A DNA stretch of 64,000 nucleotides, taken from positions 1,443-65,442 of the forward strand of contig JACNGQ010000180.1 of NCBI GenBank assembly GCA_014384025.1, given 5' to 3'. Below, piece after piece: positions 48,049 through 58,560 of the stretch (the stretch's first letter is position 1; every line of letters begins with the position of its first letter). The stretch is from Planctomycetota bacterium. GTDB lineage: Bacteria > Planctomycetota > Phycisphaerae > Sedimentisphaerales > Anaerobacaceae. Under the pieces are notes generated by a model, which had not been told where the DNA came from, ran no database searches, and saw nothing but the letters and a program-made list of their open reading frames with translations. A program made the position numbers and the translations under genes.

Positions 48049-49986
48049 ATGGATCCAAAAGAACGTAGTATTGATAAAGCGTCACAGGAAATGATAGCCC
48101 GTATGGCCGAAGCAGGCCAGCAGAACGCATGGGACAGGCTTGATGCTCAAGCACCACAGTGCGGTTTCGGAAAACAGGGGATATGCTGCCGAATTTGTAC
48201 CATGGGACCGTGCCGAATTACCAAGAAAGCTCCCTTAGGTGTTTGCGGTGCTACCGCCGATACAATCGCAGCAAGAAACCTGCTTCGTATGATTGCTAGC
48301 GGGGCTGCGGCACATTCCGACCATGGCCGTGACGTCGCACACACATTCAAGATGGCTATTGAGAGCGATAGCTGCGATTATACAATCAAGGATGAGTTGA
48401 AATTGAGGGAAGTTGCAGCGAGATACGGGATCAAGGTAGAAGGCAGAGACACAAAGGAAATCGGTAGCGATCTGGCTAATGCGGTGTTAGCTGAATTTGG
48501 AAAGCAAGATGGAACACTTGTAAGCATAGCGGCCTATCCACCGCCCGCCAGACAAAAGGTTTGGGAAGAGTTGGGTGTAACTCCTCGTGCTATTGACCGC
48601 GAAATTGTCGAGATTATGCATAGGACACATATGGGGGTAGGCTCGGACCACAAAAATCTCATAAAACAAGGCATCCGGGCTTCTTTGGCAGATGGCTGGG
48701 GCGGTTCACTTATTGCCACAGAACTTTCGGATATTCTGTTTGGAAGCCCCTGGCCGATTCGATTTGGGGCTAATCTCGGAGTCCTTGACGCAAAGAAGGT
48801 CAATATAATAGTGCACGGCCACGAGCCTTCACTTTCAGATATAATTGTGGCGGTTTCACAGGAACCAGAACTAATAAAAATGGCCGAGGATAAAGGTGCC
48901 ACAGGCATCAACCTTTCAGGGATATGCTGCACATCCAATGAGATTTTAATGCGCCATGGGATACCGGTTGCCGGCAATTTCCTGCAGCAAGAATTAGCTC
49001 TGATGACCAGCGTCGTGGAAGTCATGCTGGTTGATGTGCAGTGCATTATGCCTTCGCTCGGATCTCTTTCTAACTGTTTCCATACTAAGTTGATTACTAC
49101 ATCCCCCAAATGTAAGATTGATGGAGCAGAGCATATTGAATTTCACGAGGATAGAGCCATCGAGACCGCAAGAAAAATCATCAAGATTGCTATTGAGAAC
49201 TTTGAAAACAGAAAAGGTAAAGGCAAGATACCAAAGGCGACGGAGCGTGGAATTGCAGGTTTTACAACGGAAAATATTTTTTACCACCTTGGTGGTCGAT
49301 TTCGCTCCAGCTACCGCCCATTAAATGACAATATCATCAATGGTCGAATTCGCGGTGCCGCGGGAGTTGTAGGCTGCAATAATCCCAAGCAAGTGCACGA
49401 TTACGGCCACCTTACGATGATAAAGGAACTTATCAAAAATGATGTTATAGTCGTGAGTACGGGTTGTAGTGCGTTAGCAGCCGGCAAAGCTGGCTTAATG
49501 AGACCGGATGCGGCAGCTAAATATTGCGGCGAAGGGTTGGCTGAGGTCTGTGAGGCAGTTGGTATCCCACCAGTGCTTCACGTTGGCTCCTGCGTGGATA
49601 ACAGCAGGATTTTGACAATTCTATCGAATATTGTTGCCGAAGGCGGCCTCGGCGAGGATATATCAGAGTTGCCTGCCGCAGGGGCTGCCCCTGAATGGAT
49701 GTCAGAAAAAGCAGTCTCAATTGGAATGTATTTTGTAGCCTCAGGTGTTTATACTGTTATCGGTGAGCCGTTGCCTATCCTTGGGGCTCCAAATTTAACA
49801 CGGTATCTAACCGAAGAAATTGAAAAGGATTTTGGTGGCAAATGGGCTTTTGAACGTGACCCCATTAAAGCCGCTCATATGATGATTGAGCATATCGAAA
49901 GCAAACGCGATGCACTGGGTATCAACAAAGAGAAGGAACGCAAGCTTTATGATATGGCAGACCGCAGAGCTTTAACTATAGAATAG
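48049..49986 (+). CDS. cooS: Anaerobic Ni-Fe carbon monoxide dehydrogenase catalytic subunit
   Basis: 645 aa. The N-terminal B/D-cluster motif is CGFGKQGICCRICTMGPCRI. Further C-cluster cysteine motifs are GHEPS, CCTSNE, GCNNP and GSCVDN. Confidence 0.95.
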   Translation: MDPKERSIDKASQEMIARMAEAGQQNAWDRLDAQAPQCGFGKQGICCRICTMGPCRITKKAPLGVCGATADTIAARNLLRMIASGAAAHSDHGRDVAHTFKMAIESDSCDYTIKDELKLREVAARYGIKVEGRDTKEIGSDLANAVLAEFGKQDGTLVSIAAYPPPARQKVWEELGVTPRAIDREIVEIMHRTHMGVGSDHKNLIKQGIRASLADGWGGSLIATELSDILFGSPWPIRFGANLGVLDAKKVNIIVHGHEPSLSDIIVAVSQEPELIKMAEDKGATGINLSGICCTSNEILMRHGIPVAGNFLQQELALMTSVVEVMLVDVQCIMPSLGSLSNCFHTKLITTSPKCKIDGAEHIEFHEDRAIETARKIIKIAIENFENRKGKGKIPKATERGIAGFTTENIFYHLGGRFRSSYRPLNDNIINGRIRGAAGVVGCNNPKQVHDYGHLTMIKELIKNDVIVVSTGCSALAAGKAGLMRPDAAAKYCGEGLAEVCEAVGIPPVLHVGSCVDNSRILTILSNIVAEGGLGEDISELPAAGAAPEWMSEKAVSIGMYFVASGVYTVIGEPLPILGAPNLTRYLTEEIEKDFGGKWAFERDPIKAAHMMIEHIESKRDALGINKEKERKLYDMADRRALTIE

Positions 49987-50052
49987 AACTGTAAGAAAAG
50001 CTAAATGTAATATAGTATATTCAGGATATTAATTGCAAAGGTAGGTTATTCT

Positions 50053-52239
50053 ATGTCAAAAATCATCGCATCAGCAGCCATACGTGGCGCTCATAAAATA
50101 GCCAAAGAGGCAGAAGGCATTTTAACGAAAGCAATCAGCGAAAAAGGTGAAGATTGCCGAGTTGAGTTTCCAAACACCGGCTACTATATGCCCATTATTT
50201 ATTCTATGACAGGAATGGCAGTCGAAAAATTGTCCGATTTCAAAGAAGTAATGCAGGAGATAAAAGGTTTACTGCCGCCGCATGTTAATGATGATTTGTG
50301 GGTGCCCTATCTGGGTCATACTCTTGACGCCGGTATGGCAACACTTTTCGCAGAGGAGATGATCGAGGCCTGCAAGTACTTAATAGGGCCCAATCCGGTG
50401 GATGACATCTGGCTCGGAGCGGCCGATGACATAATCCTTCGTGAACGCGGCATTCAGTTTGTAGATGGTACCGCACCCGGCTTTGCGGCTATCGTCGGCG
50501 CTGCACCGAACGTGGAAACAGCGGTTGAAATCGCACGGAAACTACAGGAACGCAGTCTGTATGTCTTTATGTCCGGGCACAATAACGGTACCACTTTCTC
50601 TGAACAGCTTGCTGAAGGAGGCGTACAGTTGGGCTGGGAAACACGACTGATACCTTTCGGACGGGAAATCACATCAGCCATATATGCTCTTGGTTTTGCA
50701 AGCCGGGCAGCCCTAAGCTTCGGGGGCGTCCAGGCGGGCGATTTCCGACGCAATTTGCTCTATAATAAAAACAGAATCTTCGCGTTTGTTATGGCCATGG
50801 GCGAGGTTACTGACGAATGGTATGCCACAGCCGCCGGTGCAATTAACTATGGTTTCCCCGTTATTGCTGATTCCGACATCCCGGAAATTCTTCCTACCGG
50901 CGTATGCACATATGAGCACGTCGTATCAAATATTCCTTATGACCAGATAGTAGAAAAAGCGGTCGAAGTCCGCGGCCTTAAGGTTAAAATCACCGAAATA
51001 CCAATTCCGGTCTCTGTCAGCCCTGCCTTCGAAGGTGAACGAATTCGCAAGGAAGAAATGCACTGTGAGTTCGGCGGCCAGAGAACACCTGCCTTCGAAT
51101 GGCTTCGAATGCGGGATATTAGTGAAGTCGAAGATGCCAACGTCGAAGTGATAGGACCCGATTCGGATTCACTTGAACCGGGCGGAAGGCTGCCACTGGG
51201 TATCATAGTTGAAGTAGCCGGAAGAAAAATGCAACCTGATTTTGAACCTGTACTTGAGCGACAAATACATACATTTTTAAACGAGGCACAGGGACTATGG
51301 CATATGGGACAGCGGGACATCAATTGGGTGCGAATCAGCAAAGGCGCCGCAAAGGCGGGTTTCACACTCGAGCATATCGGCAAGCTCCTGCACGCCAAGC
51401 TGCACGACGAATATTCGAGCATTTTAGACAAGGTACAGGTCAAAATATACACCGACGAAAAGCAGGTGGAAGAGCTTCGCCAGCAAGCCCAGGCCGTATA
51501 TACCGACCGTGATGCACGTTTGGCGGGTATGCAGGACGAAGATATCGATACGTTCTATTCCTGCACACTCTGTCAAAGTTTTGCTCCAAACCATGTTTGT
51601 GTAGTTTCGCCGGAGCGGCCCGGCTTGTGCGGCGCTTACAGTTGGCTGGATTGCCGGGCGGCATTCGAAATAACCCCCTCGGGACCCAACCAGCCCATCG
51701 CGAAAGGCAGTTGTGTCGATCCGACAATAGGCCAGTGGGACAAAGTGAATGAATTCGTAATCAAAACCAGCGGCGGAAATATTGAGCGAATGAGCCAGTA
51801 CAGTATGATTGCCGATCCGATGACCTCCTGCGGCTGTTTCGAATGTATCGCCGCCGTACTGCCGTCAACAGGAGGCATAATGATTGTCAATCGAGAGTAT
51901 TCCGATATGACACCCTGTGGAATGAAGTTTTCGACGTTGGCCGGGACAGTCGGAGGCGGCCAGCAGACACCGGGCTTCATAGGTCATTCCAAGCATTATA
52001 TCTGTTCAAAAAAATTCATCCATGCTGAAGGCGGGATTCAGCGGATTGTTTGGATGCCAAAAGTACTCAAAGAAGAAATTAAGGATGCTCTCTCAGAAAG
52101 AATCAAGGAAATAGGATTTGAACCGGAAGAATTCCTCGCCAAAATTGCCGACGAGACCACAGCCACAACCGAAGAAGAGGTTCTGGAATTTATCACTAAA
52201 AACGAGCATCCTGTTGCCACTTTAGAGCCTATGTTCTAA
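50053..52239 (+). CDS. acsB: CO-methylating acetyl-CoA synthase (A-cluster subunit)
   Basis: 728 aa, bacterial AcsB length. A-cluster ligands in SCTLCQSFAPNHVCVVSPERPGLCG and DPMTSCGCFECIAA (Cys-Gly-Cys). Confidence 0.95.
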   Translation: MSKIIASAAIRGAHKIAKEAEGILTKAISEKGEDCRVEFPNTGYYMPIIYSMTGMAVEKLSDFKEVMQEIKGLLPPHVNDDLWVPYLGHTLDAGMATLFAEEMIEACKYLIGPNPVDDIWLGAADDIILRERGIQFVDGTAPGFAAIVGAAPNVETAVEIARKLQERSLYVFMSGHNNGTTFSEQLAEGGVQLGWETRLIPFGREITSAIYALGFASRAALSFGGVQAGDFRRNLLYNKNRIFAFVMAMGEVTDEWYATAAGAINYGFPVIADSDIPEILPTGVCTYEHVVSNIPYDQIVEKAVEVRGLKVKITEIPIPVSVSPAFEGERIRKEEMHCEFGGQRTPAFEWLRMRDISEVEDANVEVIGPDSDSLEPGGRLPLGIIVEVAGRKMQPDFEPVLERQIHTFLNEAQGLWHMGQRDINWVRISKGAAKAGFTLEHIGKLLHAKLHDEYSSILDKVQVKIYTDEKQVEELRQQAQAVYTDRDARLAGMQDEDIDTFYSCTLCQSFAPNHVCVVSPERPGLCGAYSWLDCRAAFEITPSGPNQPIAKGSCVDPTIGQWDKVNEFVIKTSGGNIERMSQYSMIADPMTSCGCFECIAAVLPSTGGIMIVNREYSDMTPCGMKFSTLAGTVGGGQQTPGFIGHSKHYICSKKFIHAEGGIQRIVWMPKVLKEEIKDALSERIKEIGFEPEEFLAKIADETTATTEEEVLEFITKNEHPVATLEPMF

Positions 52240-52324
52240 CAAATGCCAAACGTATCTCGTAAAGAAAGCGAGAAACGAGAGATACAAAATAATATATACA
52301 AAATACGAATAAAGGAAAAATATT

Positions 52325-53662
52325 ATGGCACTAACAGGATTGGACATATTCAAGCTCCTACCGAAAACCAATTGTAAAAAGTGCGGTATGCCTACTTGTC
52401 TGGCCTTTGCTATGGCACTTGCTCAAAAACGCGCCAAACTCGAAGACTGCCCCGACGTTTCCGAAGAAGCCAAAGGAAAACTTGCCGCTGCATCGGCCCC
52501 GCCAATGCGAAAAATCGTGTTCGGTACTCAGGAAAATCAGGTCCAGCTCGGACAGGAAACTGTAATGTTCCGACACGAGGAAAAATTTTACAATCCGACT
52601 GCTCTGACGGTAACCGTCTCGGACAAACTTACCGGGGAGGATTTAACCAAACGCATCAAAGCTGTAAATGCGCTCCAGTTTGAGCGTATCGGTATCAAGA
52701 TCGGAGTCAAGGCCATAGCTCTGATCAATGACAGCGGCTCTTCCGATTCTTTTGCACAGGCTGCTGCCACAGTGAAAGACGCCAGCAACCTTGCTTTAAT
52801 TCTGGTAACCGATTCACCCGATGCAATGGCCGCTGCAGCAGCTAAAACTAAAGAATCTGTACCTTTACTTGCTTCAGCCACTCCGGATACCGCAGAAGAG
52901 ATGGCCAAAGTAGCCAAGGAAAACGGCTGTCCAATCGTTGCAAAGGCCGACTCACTTGATGCTCTGGCCGGACTTACCGAAAAGATTAAGGCCGCAGGCG
53001 TAGAAGATATAGTATTAAACATCGAGAGCCCGGACCTGCAGAGTCAACTACTTAATCTTTCAAAGATGCGGGCACTGGCCTTGAAAAAAGTATTCAGACC
53101 TCTGGGGTATCCGACAGTATCATTTGCAACCGACGGTGACGCTGATACACAGTTAGCATCCGCCGTAAGTCTTATTTGTAAATACGCCGGTATAGTGGTA
53201 CTCGACACTGTCGAACCGTATGCTATTTTACCCATGCTGACCGCGGTGATGAACATCTATACCGACCCGCAGAAACCAGTCCAGGTAGAGCCAAAAGTAT
53301 ATCGCATCGGCGAACCTAATGAGAATTCACCGGTAATGTTTACTACGAACTTTTCACTGACATATTACACTTTGGAATCTGACGTCGAGTCCAGCAGAAT
53401 ACCAAGCTATATCCTCGTGGTTGACACCGAAGGTACAAGTGTCCTGACGGCTTATTCAGGGGACAAGCTCAATGAAAAAACGGTAGCTGATGCCATGACC
53501 AAATACGGCGTGGCTGATCTTGTCAAGCACCGTAAGCTAATCATCCCCGGCTACGTCGCTGTAATGAGCGGTAAACTCGAAGAGGCCACAAACTGGGAGA
53601 TTATGGTCGGCCCAAGAGAATGTTCGATGCTGCCTAAATTTCTCCAGGAAGTCTGGAATTAA
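52325..53662 (+). CDS. acsC: Corrinoid iron-sulfur protein large subunit
   Basis: 445 aa with the N-terminal [4Fe-4S] motif LPKTNCKKCGMPTCLAFAMALA. Confidence 0.9.
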   Translation: MALTGLDIFKLLPKTNCKKCGMPTCLAFAMALAQKRAKLEDCPDVSEEAKGKLAAASAPPMRKIVFGTQENQVQLGQETVMFRHEEKFYNPTALTVTVSDKLTGEDLTKRIKAVNALQFERIGIKIGVKAIALINDSGSSDSFAQAAATVKDASNLALILVTDSPDAMAAAAAKTKESVPLLASATPDTAEEMAKVAKENGCPIVAKADSLDALAGLTEKIKAAGVEDIVLNIESPDLQSQLLNLSKMRALALKKVFRPLGYPTVSFATDGDADTQLASAVSLICKYAGIVVLDTVEPYAILPMLTAVMNIYTDPQKPVQVEPKVYRIGEPNENSPVMFTTNFSLTYYTLESDVESSRIPSYILVVDTEGTSVLTAYSGDKLNEKTVADAMTKYGVADLVKHRKLIIPGYVAVMSGKLEEATNWEIMVGPRECSMLPKFLQEVWN

Positions 53663-53757
53663 ATCGGATGCTCGGTGCTCGATGCAGGGTACTGAGAAAA
53701 AGAAAAATCGAGCATCGCTTGTCCGCCCTCACTTCAGCGTAGGCGGAAGTATAGATA

Positions 53758-55683
53758 ATGGAAGAGAGCAAGAAGAAACAATACACAATCCGTTTTGAAC
53801 CAAGTGGCCTAAAAATAAAAGTGCCGTCCGGGGCCGTTCTGCTCGAAGCCGCCCACAAAGCCGGCATTTATTTAAGTAGCATCTGCGGCGGAGACGGATA
53901 TTGCGGTAAATGCAAAGTAATAATTGACGAGGGACAATTTCAAAGCAAGCCAACTGCATTACTTACTCCTGATGAAGTGCGGGAAAATGTCGTCCTTGCC
54001 TGCCAGACCAAAGTCCTTTCCGATATGACCATAACCGTTCCAAAGTCTCATACTTTGGAAACAAGTCAGATACTTATGGACTCAGACGCCCATAGATTCA
54101 GTGACCTGCCGTCGGAAGTTCTGGAAGGAATATTTGAGCATGACCCTCTGGTTCGTAAAATTTACGTCGAGATGTCACCACCTACCGTGCACGACCACAC
54201 AGCAGACCATGAGCGATTGTACCTGGCTATACGTGAACAGATTGAAGCTCCTATCATGCAGACGGGGTTCCGTCTCCTTCAAAAACTATCCGGATTGCTG
54301 CAAATCAGTGACTATAAGGTTACTGTAACGGTAGGTCGTCGGGGAGAAACCACCGAGGTTATCGAAATCAAGCCGGGCAATCACTGCGAAAAAAACTTTG
54401 CCGTTGCTGTTGATTTGGGCACCACTACCGTTGTGGCCCACCTTGTTGACCTGGCAAAAGCCATCACAATAGATACCGAAGCAACATACAACAGCCAGAT
54501 AAACTTCGGCGAAGATTATATTCGCCGAATCATTTACGCAGAAGAAAACGATGCTTTCGATGAAATGCAAAATCGTATCGTCAATGATGTAAACAATCTA
54601 ATCGTAACACTGGCTACAAGACAGAAAATAGATTTACAGGAAGTAAACGCCATCGTTTGTGCCGGCAACACTGCGATGACGCATTTTTTGCTGAATCTTG
54701 ATCCAACTCGAATCCGCAGAGAGCCGTATATCGCCTCAGCCGGCTTCATACCGGCGATTCGAGCCGCAGAGGCAGGTATCCAAATCAATAAACGGGGCCT
54801 TTTATACTGCCTGCCGGGTGTGGCCGCCTATATCGGCAGCGATATAGTAGCGGGCGTTCTGACAACCCGAATCTTTACTCAGAAAGGCATCTCGTTATTT
54901 ATCGACATAGGAACAAACGGTGAAGTGGTTCTTGGCAATAAAGAATGGCTCACCTGCGCCTCAAGTTCGGCAGGCCCTGCGTTTGAAGGGAGCGGAGTCA
55001 AGCATGGCATGAGGGCGGGAGGAGGCGCCATAGAAAAATTAACTATTCTCGAAGATGGTTCTATAGAGCTTAAGACAATTGGAGATAAACATCCGGTCGG
55101 TATCTGCGGGTCGGGTCTTCTGGATACACTTGCCGAATTATTTACAAAAGGAATCATAGATAGAACAGGGCGATTCATAGAAAACGGCCAGCCAAGGTTA
55201 ATCGAAGGTGATGAGGGCCGGCAGTTCCAAATATCCCCAGCAGATAACGAACACCATGAAATAGTCATCACACAACCGGACATCGACAATCTGATCCGTT
55301 CTAAAGCCGGCGTTTTTGCCTCCATCAAAGTGCTTATGGAAGCAACACAGACAAAGGCTGAAGACTTGGATGCGGTTTATTTGGCCGGCGGATTCGGAAA
55401 CTTTCTGAACATTCGGCAGGCGGTTAATATTGGAATGCTGCCGGATGTGCCGTTGGAGAAGATGCGTTTTGTGGGCAACACGTCCATAGCAGGCGCAAAG
55501 ACGGTCCTGTTAAGCCGCAAGGCCCTTGAAACAGCAGAAAAAATCGCCGAAAGTATGACATATTTTGATTTGATGAGTCATCCGGGCTATATGGATGAAT
55601 TTACAAGAGCTAATTTCCTGCCGCACACGGATTTATCATTGTTTCCATCGGTATCAGCAGTTAAGTGCGAAATGAAAAACTAA
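53758..55683 (+). CDS. acsV: Corrinoid activation/regeneration protein (RACo/AcsV; 2Fe-2S ferredoxin plus ASKHA ATPase)
   Basis: 641 aa. N-terminal plant-type ferredoxin motif CGGDGYCGKCKV...ACQ. ASKHA-like DLGTTTVVAHL and DIGTNGEVVLG. Confidence 0.85.
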   Translation: MEESKKKQYTIRFEPSGLKIKVPSGAVLLEAAHKAGIYLSSICGGDGYCGKCKVIIDEGQFQSKPTALLTPDEVRENVVLACQTKVLSDMTITVPKSHTLETSQILMDSDAHRFSDLPSEVLEGIFEHDPLVRKIYVEMSPPTVHDHTADHERLYLAIREQIEAPIMQTGFRLLQKLSGLLQISDYKVTVTVGRRGETTEVIEIKPGNHCEKNFAVAVDLGTTTVVAHLVDLAKAITIDTEATYNSQINFGEDYIRRIIYAEENDAFDEMQNRIVNDVNNLIVTLATRQKIDLQEVNAIVCAGNTAMTHFLLNLDPTRIRREPYIASAGFIPAIRAAEAGIQINKRGLLYCLPGVAAYIGSDIVAGVLTTRIFTQKGISLFIDIGTNGEVVLGNKEWLTCASSSAGPAFEGSGVKHGMRAGGGAIEKLTILEDGSIELKTIGDKHPVGICGSGLLDTLAELFTKGIIDRTGRFIENGQPRLIEGDEGRQFQISPADNEHHEIVITQPDIDNLIRSKAGVFASIKVLMEATQTKAEDLDAVYLAGGFGNFLNIRQAVNIGMLPDVPLEKMRFVGNTSIAGAKTVLLSRKALETAEKIAESMTYFDLMSHPGYMDEFTRANFLPHTDLSLFPSVSAVKCEMKN

Positions 55684-55705
55684 AAAGATATACGAGAAAG
55701 AAAAT

Positions 55706-56452
55706 ATGGCAACAACAATTGCAGTAAGTGGGAAAGGCGGCTCAGGCAAGACAACTTTAGCCGCTATGACTACAAGGCTCCTGCTCGAGCGGACCGACAA
55801 AAAAAGTGTAATTGTGGTAGATGCCGACCCGAATGCCTGCCTGGGTCTGACGTTAGGAGTTGAGCCGGAGATAACTGTAGCAGACATCCGCGAAGAAATC
55901 CGTGCTAAAGGTGCCGGTAATACCGGCATGGATAAAGTACGTTCGGTTGAATATGGAATACAACAAGCGATTACTGAGGCCAAAGGCTTTGATTTACTTA
56001 CGATGGGCAGGCCGGAAGGGCCGAGCTGCTACTGTGCTGTAAATAATATGCTTCGAAAATTCATGGACCAGCTTGATTCGCAGTACGATTTTGTGATTAT
56101 TGACAATGAAGCGGGAATGGAGCATCTCTCTCGTCGAACCACCAATAACGTTGACTTGCTTTGCATCGTAGCGGAACAAAATACTATCGGCACACTCACC
56201 GCTCAGAGGATTTTTGACCTTTCCAAAAAATTGCCGATTGCAGTAAAGAAAACCGGCATTATATGGAACAGGTCAGAGAACGATAAAGAAATAGACGGGA
56301 TAGACAACTTCGGACATATACCTTATGATAAGGCAGTTTTTGATGCCTCGATGCAGGACAAAACGGTCTTTGACCTTGCAAATGACTGCCCTGCTTTTTC
56401 AATGGCGCGTAAAATACTCGAAGATATAGGTATATTAGTTTCGAGTTCATAG
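55706..56452 (+). CDS. cooC: Second CooC/AcsF-type nickel-insertion ATPase
   Basis: AVSGKGGSGKTT deviant Walker A, VVDADPN, and the CxC motif PSCYCAVNN. Confidence 0.85.
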   Translation: MATTIAVSGKGGSGKTTLAAMTTRLLLERTDKKSVIVVDADPNACLGLTLGVEPEITVADIREEIRAKGAGNTGMDKVRSVEYGIQQAITEAKGFDLLTMGRPEGPSCYCAVNNMLRKFMDQLDSQYDFVIIDNEAGMEHLSRRTTNNVDLLCIVAEQNTIGTLTAQRIFDLSKKLPIAVKKTGIIWNRSENDKEIDGIDNFGHIPYDKAVFDASMQDKTVFDLANDCPAFSMARKILEDIGILVSSS

Positions 56453-56501
56453 GCAACAAACTCAAAACTATAAACGATGAACTATTATTGGAGGTCTTAA
56501 A

Positions 56502-57461
56502 ATGCCAGTTCCTGAAATTTCAGAGAGATTTTCCGGTTCAGTAAACCGCATTACACTCGGAGCAACGAAAGAAAACGGCGGTACTCGAACCTCAACGGTA
56601 ACCATAGGTGGAGCAAGTAATGTCGTTTATGGCGGCTCTTCAGCCGATGCCGGTGAAAAACCGGTTATCGCTATGGACGTTCTGGACAGTAAGCCCGAGG
56701 ATTGGCCCGATGTATTGCTCGAACCTTATAAAGACGTACTGGACAGTCCCGGTGACTGGGCTAAAAAGTGCGTAGAAGAGTTTGGAGCAGAGTTAATTTG
56801 TGTAAAATTCGAAGGCATTCATCCGGATAAAGGAGATAAAGATGCCGCCCACGCCATCAAGGTAACCGAGGAAGTCTTAAAAGCTGTTGGAGTGCCACTT
56901 GTGCTCTGGGGCTGTGGAAACGACGAAAAAGACAACCAGGTCATGCCCAAAGTAAGCGGTGCGGCAAAAGGTGAAAAATGTCTCACTGGAGCCGTTACAG
57001 AGGACAATTACAAATCCCTGACCGCGATTGCGTTAGCTGACGGCCATTATCTCATCACTCAGGCCCCACTGGATATCAACATTGCCAAGCAGATCAATAT
57101 CTTAGCTTCTGATATGGGTTTCCCGCTTGAACGAATAGTAACGTTCCAGTCAACCGGAGCGTTGGGATATGGTATTGAATACGCCTATTCAATTCAGGAA
57201 CGCCAGCGCATCGCGGCTCTGACCGGAGACAAGATGATGGCTATGCCGGTAATATGTGACGTAGGGTATGAATCCTGGCGGGCCAAAGAAGCCAAGGTCA
57301 CAGATGCCCCGGACTGGGGACCGGCTGAGGATCGTGGACCGGCCTGGGAGATAGCAACCGCAGTTTGCCTGCTGCAGGCCGGCGTTGATATCATTCGGAT
57401 TCGCCATCCCAGAGCCGCCACTGCAGTTAATAATTTCATTAATCAGGTCTGGCAAAAATAA
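56502..57461 (+). CDS. acsD: Corrinoid iron-sulfur protein small subunit
   Basis: 319 aa. LGATKENGGTR, DWPDVL, AVGVPLVLWGCGNDEKD, NYKSLTA, PLDINIAKQINIL, GYGIEYAYSI and MPVICDVGYESWRAKEA are collinear with Moorella AcsD as I recall it. Confidence 0.85.
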   Translation: MPVPEISERFSGSVNRITLGATKENGGTRTSTVTIGGASNVVYGGSSADAGEKPVIAMDVLDSKPEDWPDVLLEPYKDVLDSPGDWAKKCVEEFGAELICVKFEGIHPDKGDKDAAHAIKVTEEVLKAVGVPLVLWGCGNDEKDNQVMPKVSGAAKGEKCLTGAVTEDNYKSLTAIALADGHYLITQAPLDINIAKQINILASDMGFPLERIVTFQSTGALGYGIEYAYSIQERQRIAALTGDKMMAMPVICDVGYESWRAKEAKVTDAPDWGPAEDRGPAWEIATAVCLLQAGVDIIRIRHPRAATAVNNFINQVWQK

Positions 57462-57519
57462 AAAATCATAGCGGTAATCACATAGAATTACCCATACAAA
57501 GGAGAAAGGATAAAAAACT

Positions 57520-58347
57520 ATGATACTAATCGCAGAACGAATAAATGGGATGTTCAACGATGTCAAGCAGGCTATCGCAGATAAAAATAAGAAAGTCATT
57601 CAGGACTTAGCCAAAAAGCAGACGGAAGCCGGCGCCTCATATCTGGATGTAAACGTAGGTACGGCCGCTGCGGACCAGGAAGGAACGATTCAGTGGCTGG
57701 TCGAGACCATTCAGGAAACCTGCTCTACACCGCTTTGCCTCGATTCCCAGAAACCTGATGTTATAGCCGCAGGATTAAAGGTCATTAACACCGAGAACGG
57801 TGTCCTGCTGAATTCAACGCCTTTGAATAAGAAAAGTGACGAAGAAGTCTTTGATAAATACATGGAAATGGCCAATCAGGCAGGTCCGAAAGCTAATCTT
57901 ATCGCCCTGACCATGGATAAAAACGGCGTCCCCCAGGATACCGATACCCGCGTAGCCATAGCCGCAGAAATCGTATCAAAGGCCATGGAAAAAGGTTTTG
58001 ATACCCAGCGGCTGTTCATAGATACCATTGTTTTGCCTGTAAAAGTACCGAACGCCCAGTCCCAGCCCGGCAATATCTTAGCTGCAATGGACCAGATAAA
58101 ATATCTGTCGGATCCGGCCCCTCATATGACAATTGGACTGTCAAATCTTTCTCAGGGAGCGTCGGAAAGAAGCCTGATAAACCGGGTATTTCTTGCTATG
58201 GCAATTTCTCGCGGTCTGGACTCTGCTATTGCCGACGTATTCGACCAGGCCCTGATGAACGTTGTAGCTACATCTGATTTGCTGATGGATAAGCAAATAT
58301 ATTCAGACTCTTTCCTGAAGGTCTATAGCTCGGCAAACAAAGGTTAA
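57520..58347 (+). CDS. acsE: Methyltetrahydrofolate:corrinoid/iron-sulfur protein methyltransferase
   Basis: MILIAERINGMF, LDVNVG, CLDS, LNST, GLSNLSQG and INRVFLAMA are collinear with Moorella AcsE (MeTr) as I recall it. Confidence 0.9.
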   Translation: MILIAERINGMFNDVKQAIADKNKKVIQDLAKKQTEAGASYLDVNVGTAAADQEGTIQWLVETIQETCSTPLCLDSQKPDVIAAGLKVINTENGVLLNSTPLNKKSDEEVFDKYMEMANQAGPKANLIALTMDKNGVPQDTDTRVAIAAEIVSKAMEKGFDTQRLFIDTIVLPVKVPNAQSQPGNILAAMDQIKYLSDPAPHMTIGLSNLSQGASERSLINRVFLAMAISRGLDSAIADVFDQALMNVVATSDLLMDKQIYSDSFLKVYSSANKG

Positions 58348-58560
58348 TCTGACATATAAACGTAATACGACCGAGCGAGGCCGCAAATACTCAAATAGCA
58401 TAATAGTGCAAAATAAAAGCATTACGGTTATACCTTCTTCGGCAGTTTTCGAGGATAATACGTAACCCCTGTAAAAGCCCCTGTCTTCACAGGGCTGAGC
58501 ATAGAATGTAAACGTCGTGTAACAGACTTAACCACTACAACAATATACGAGGGAAGACCT

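Noticed and set aside
48534-55328. Several 140-190-aa minus-strand ORFs within cooS, acsB, acsC and acsV (48534-49109, 50937-51452, 52588-53022, 54879-55328).
   Set aside because: All are antisense shadows of strongly supported genes and have Ser/Pro/Arg-rich, domain-free translations.
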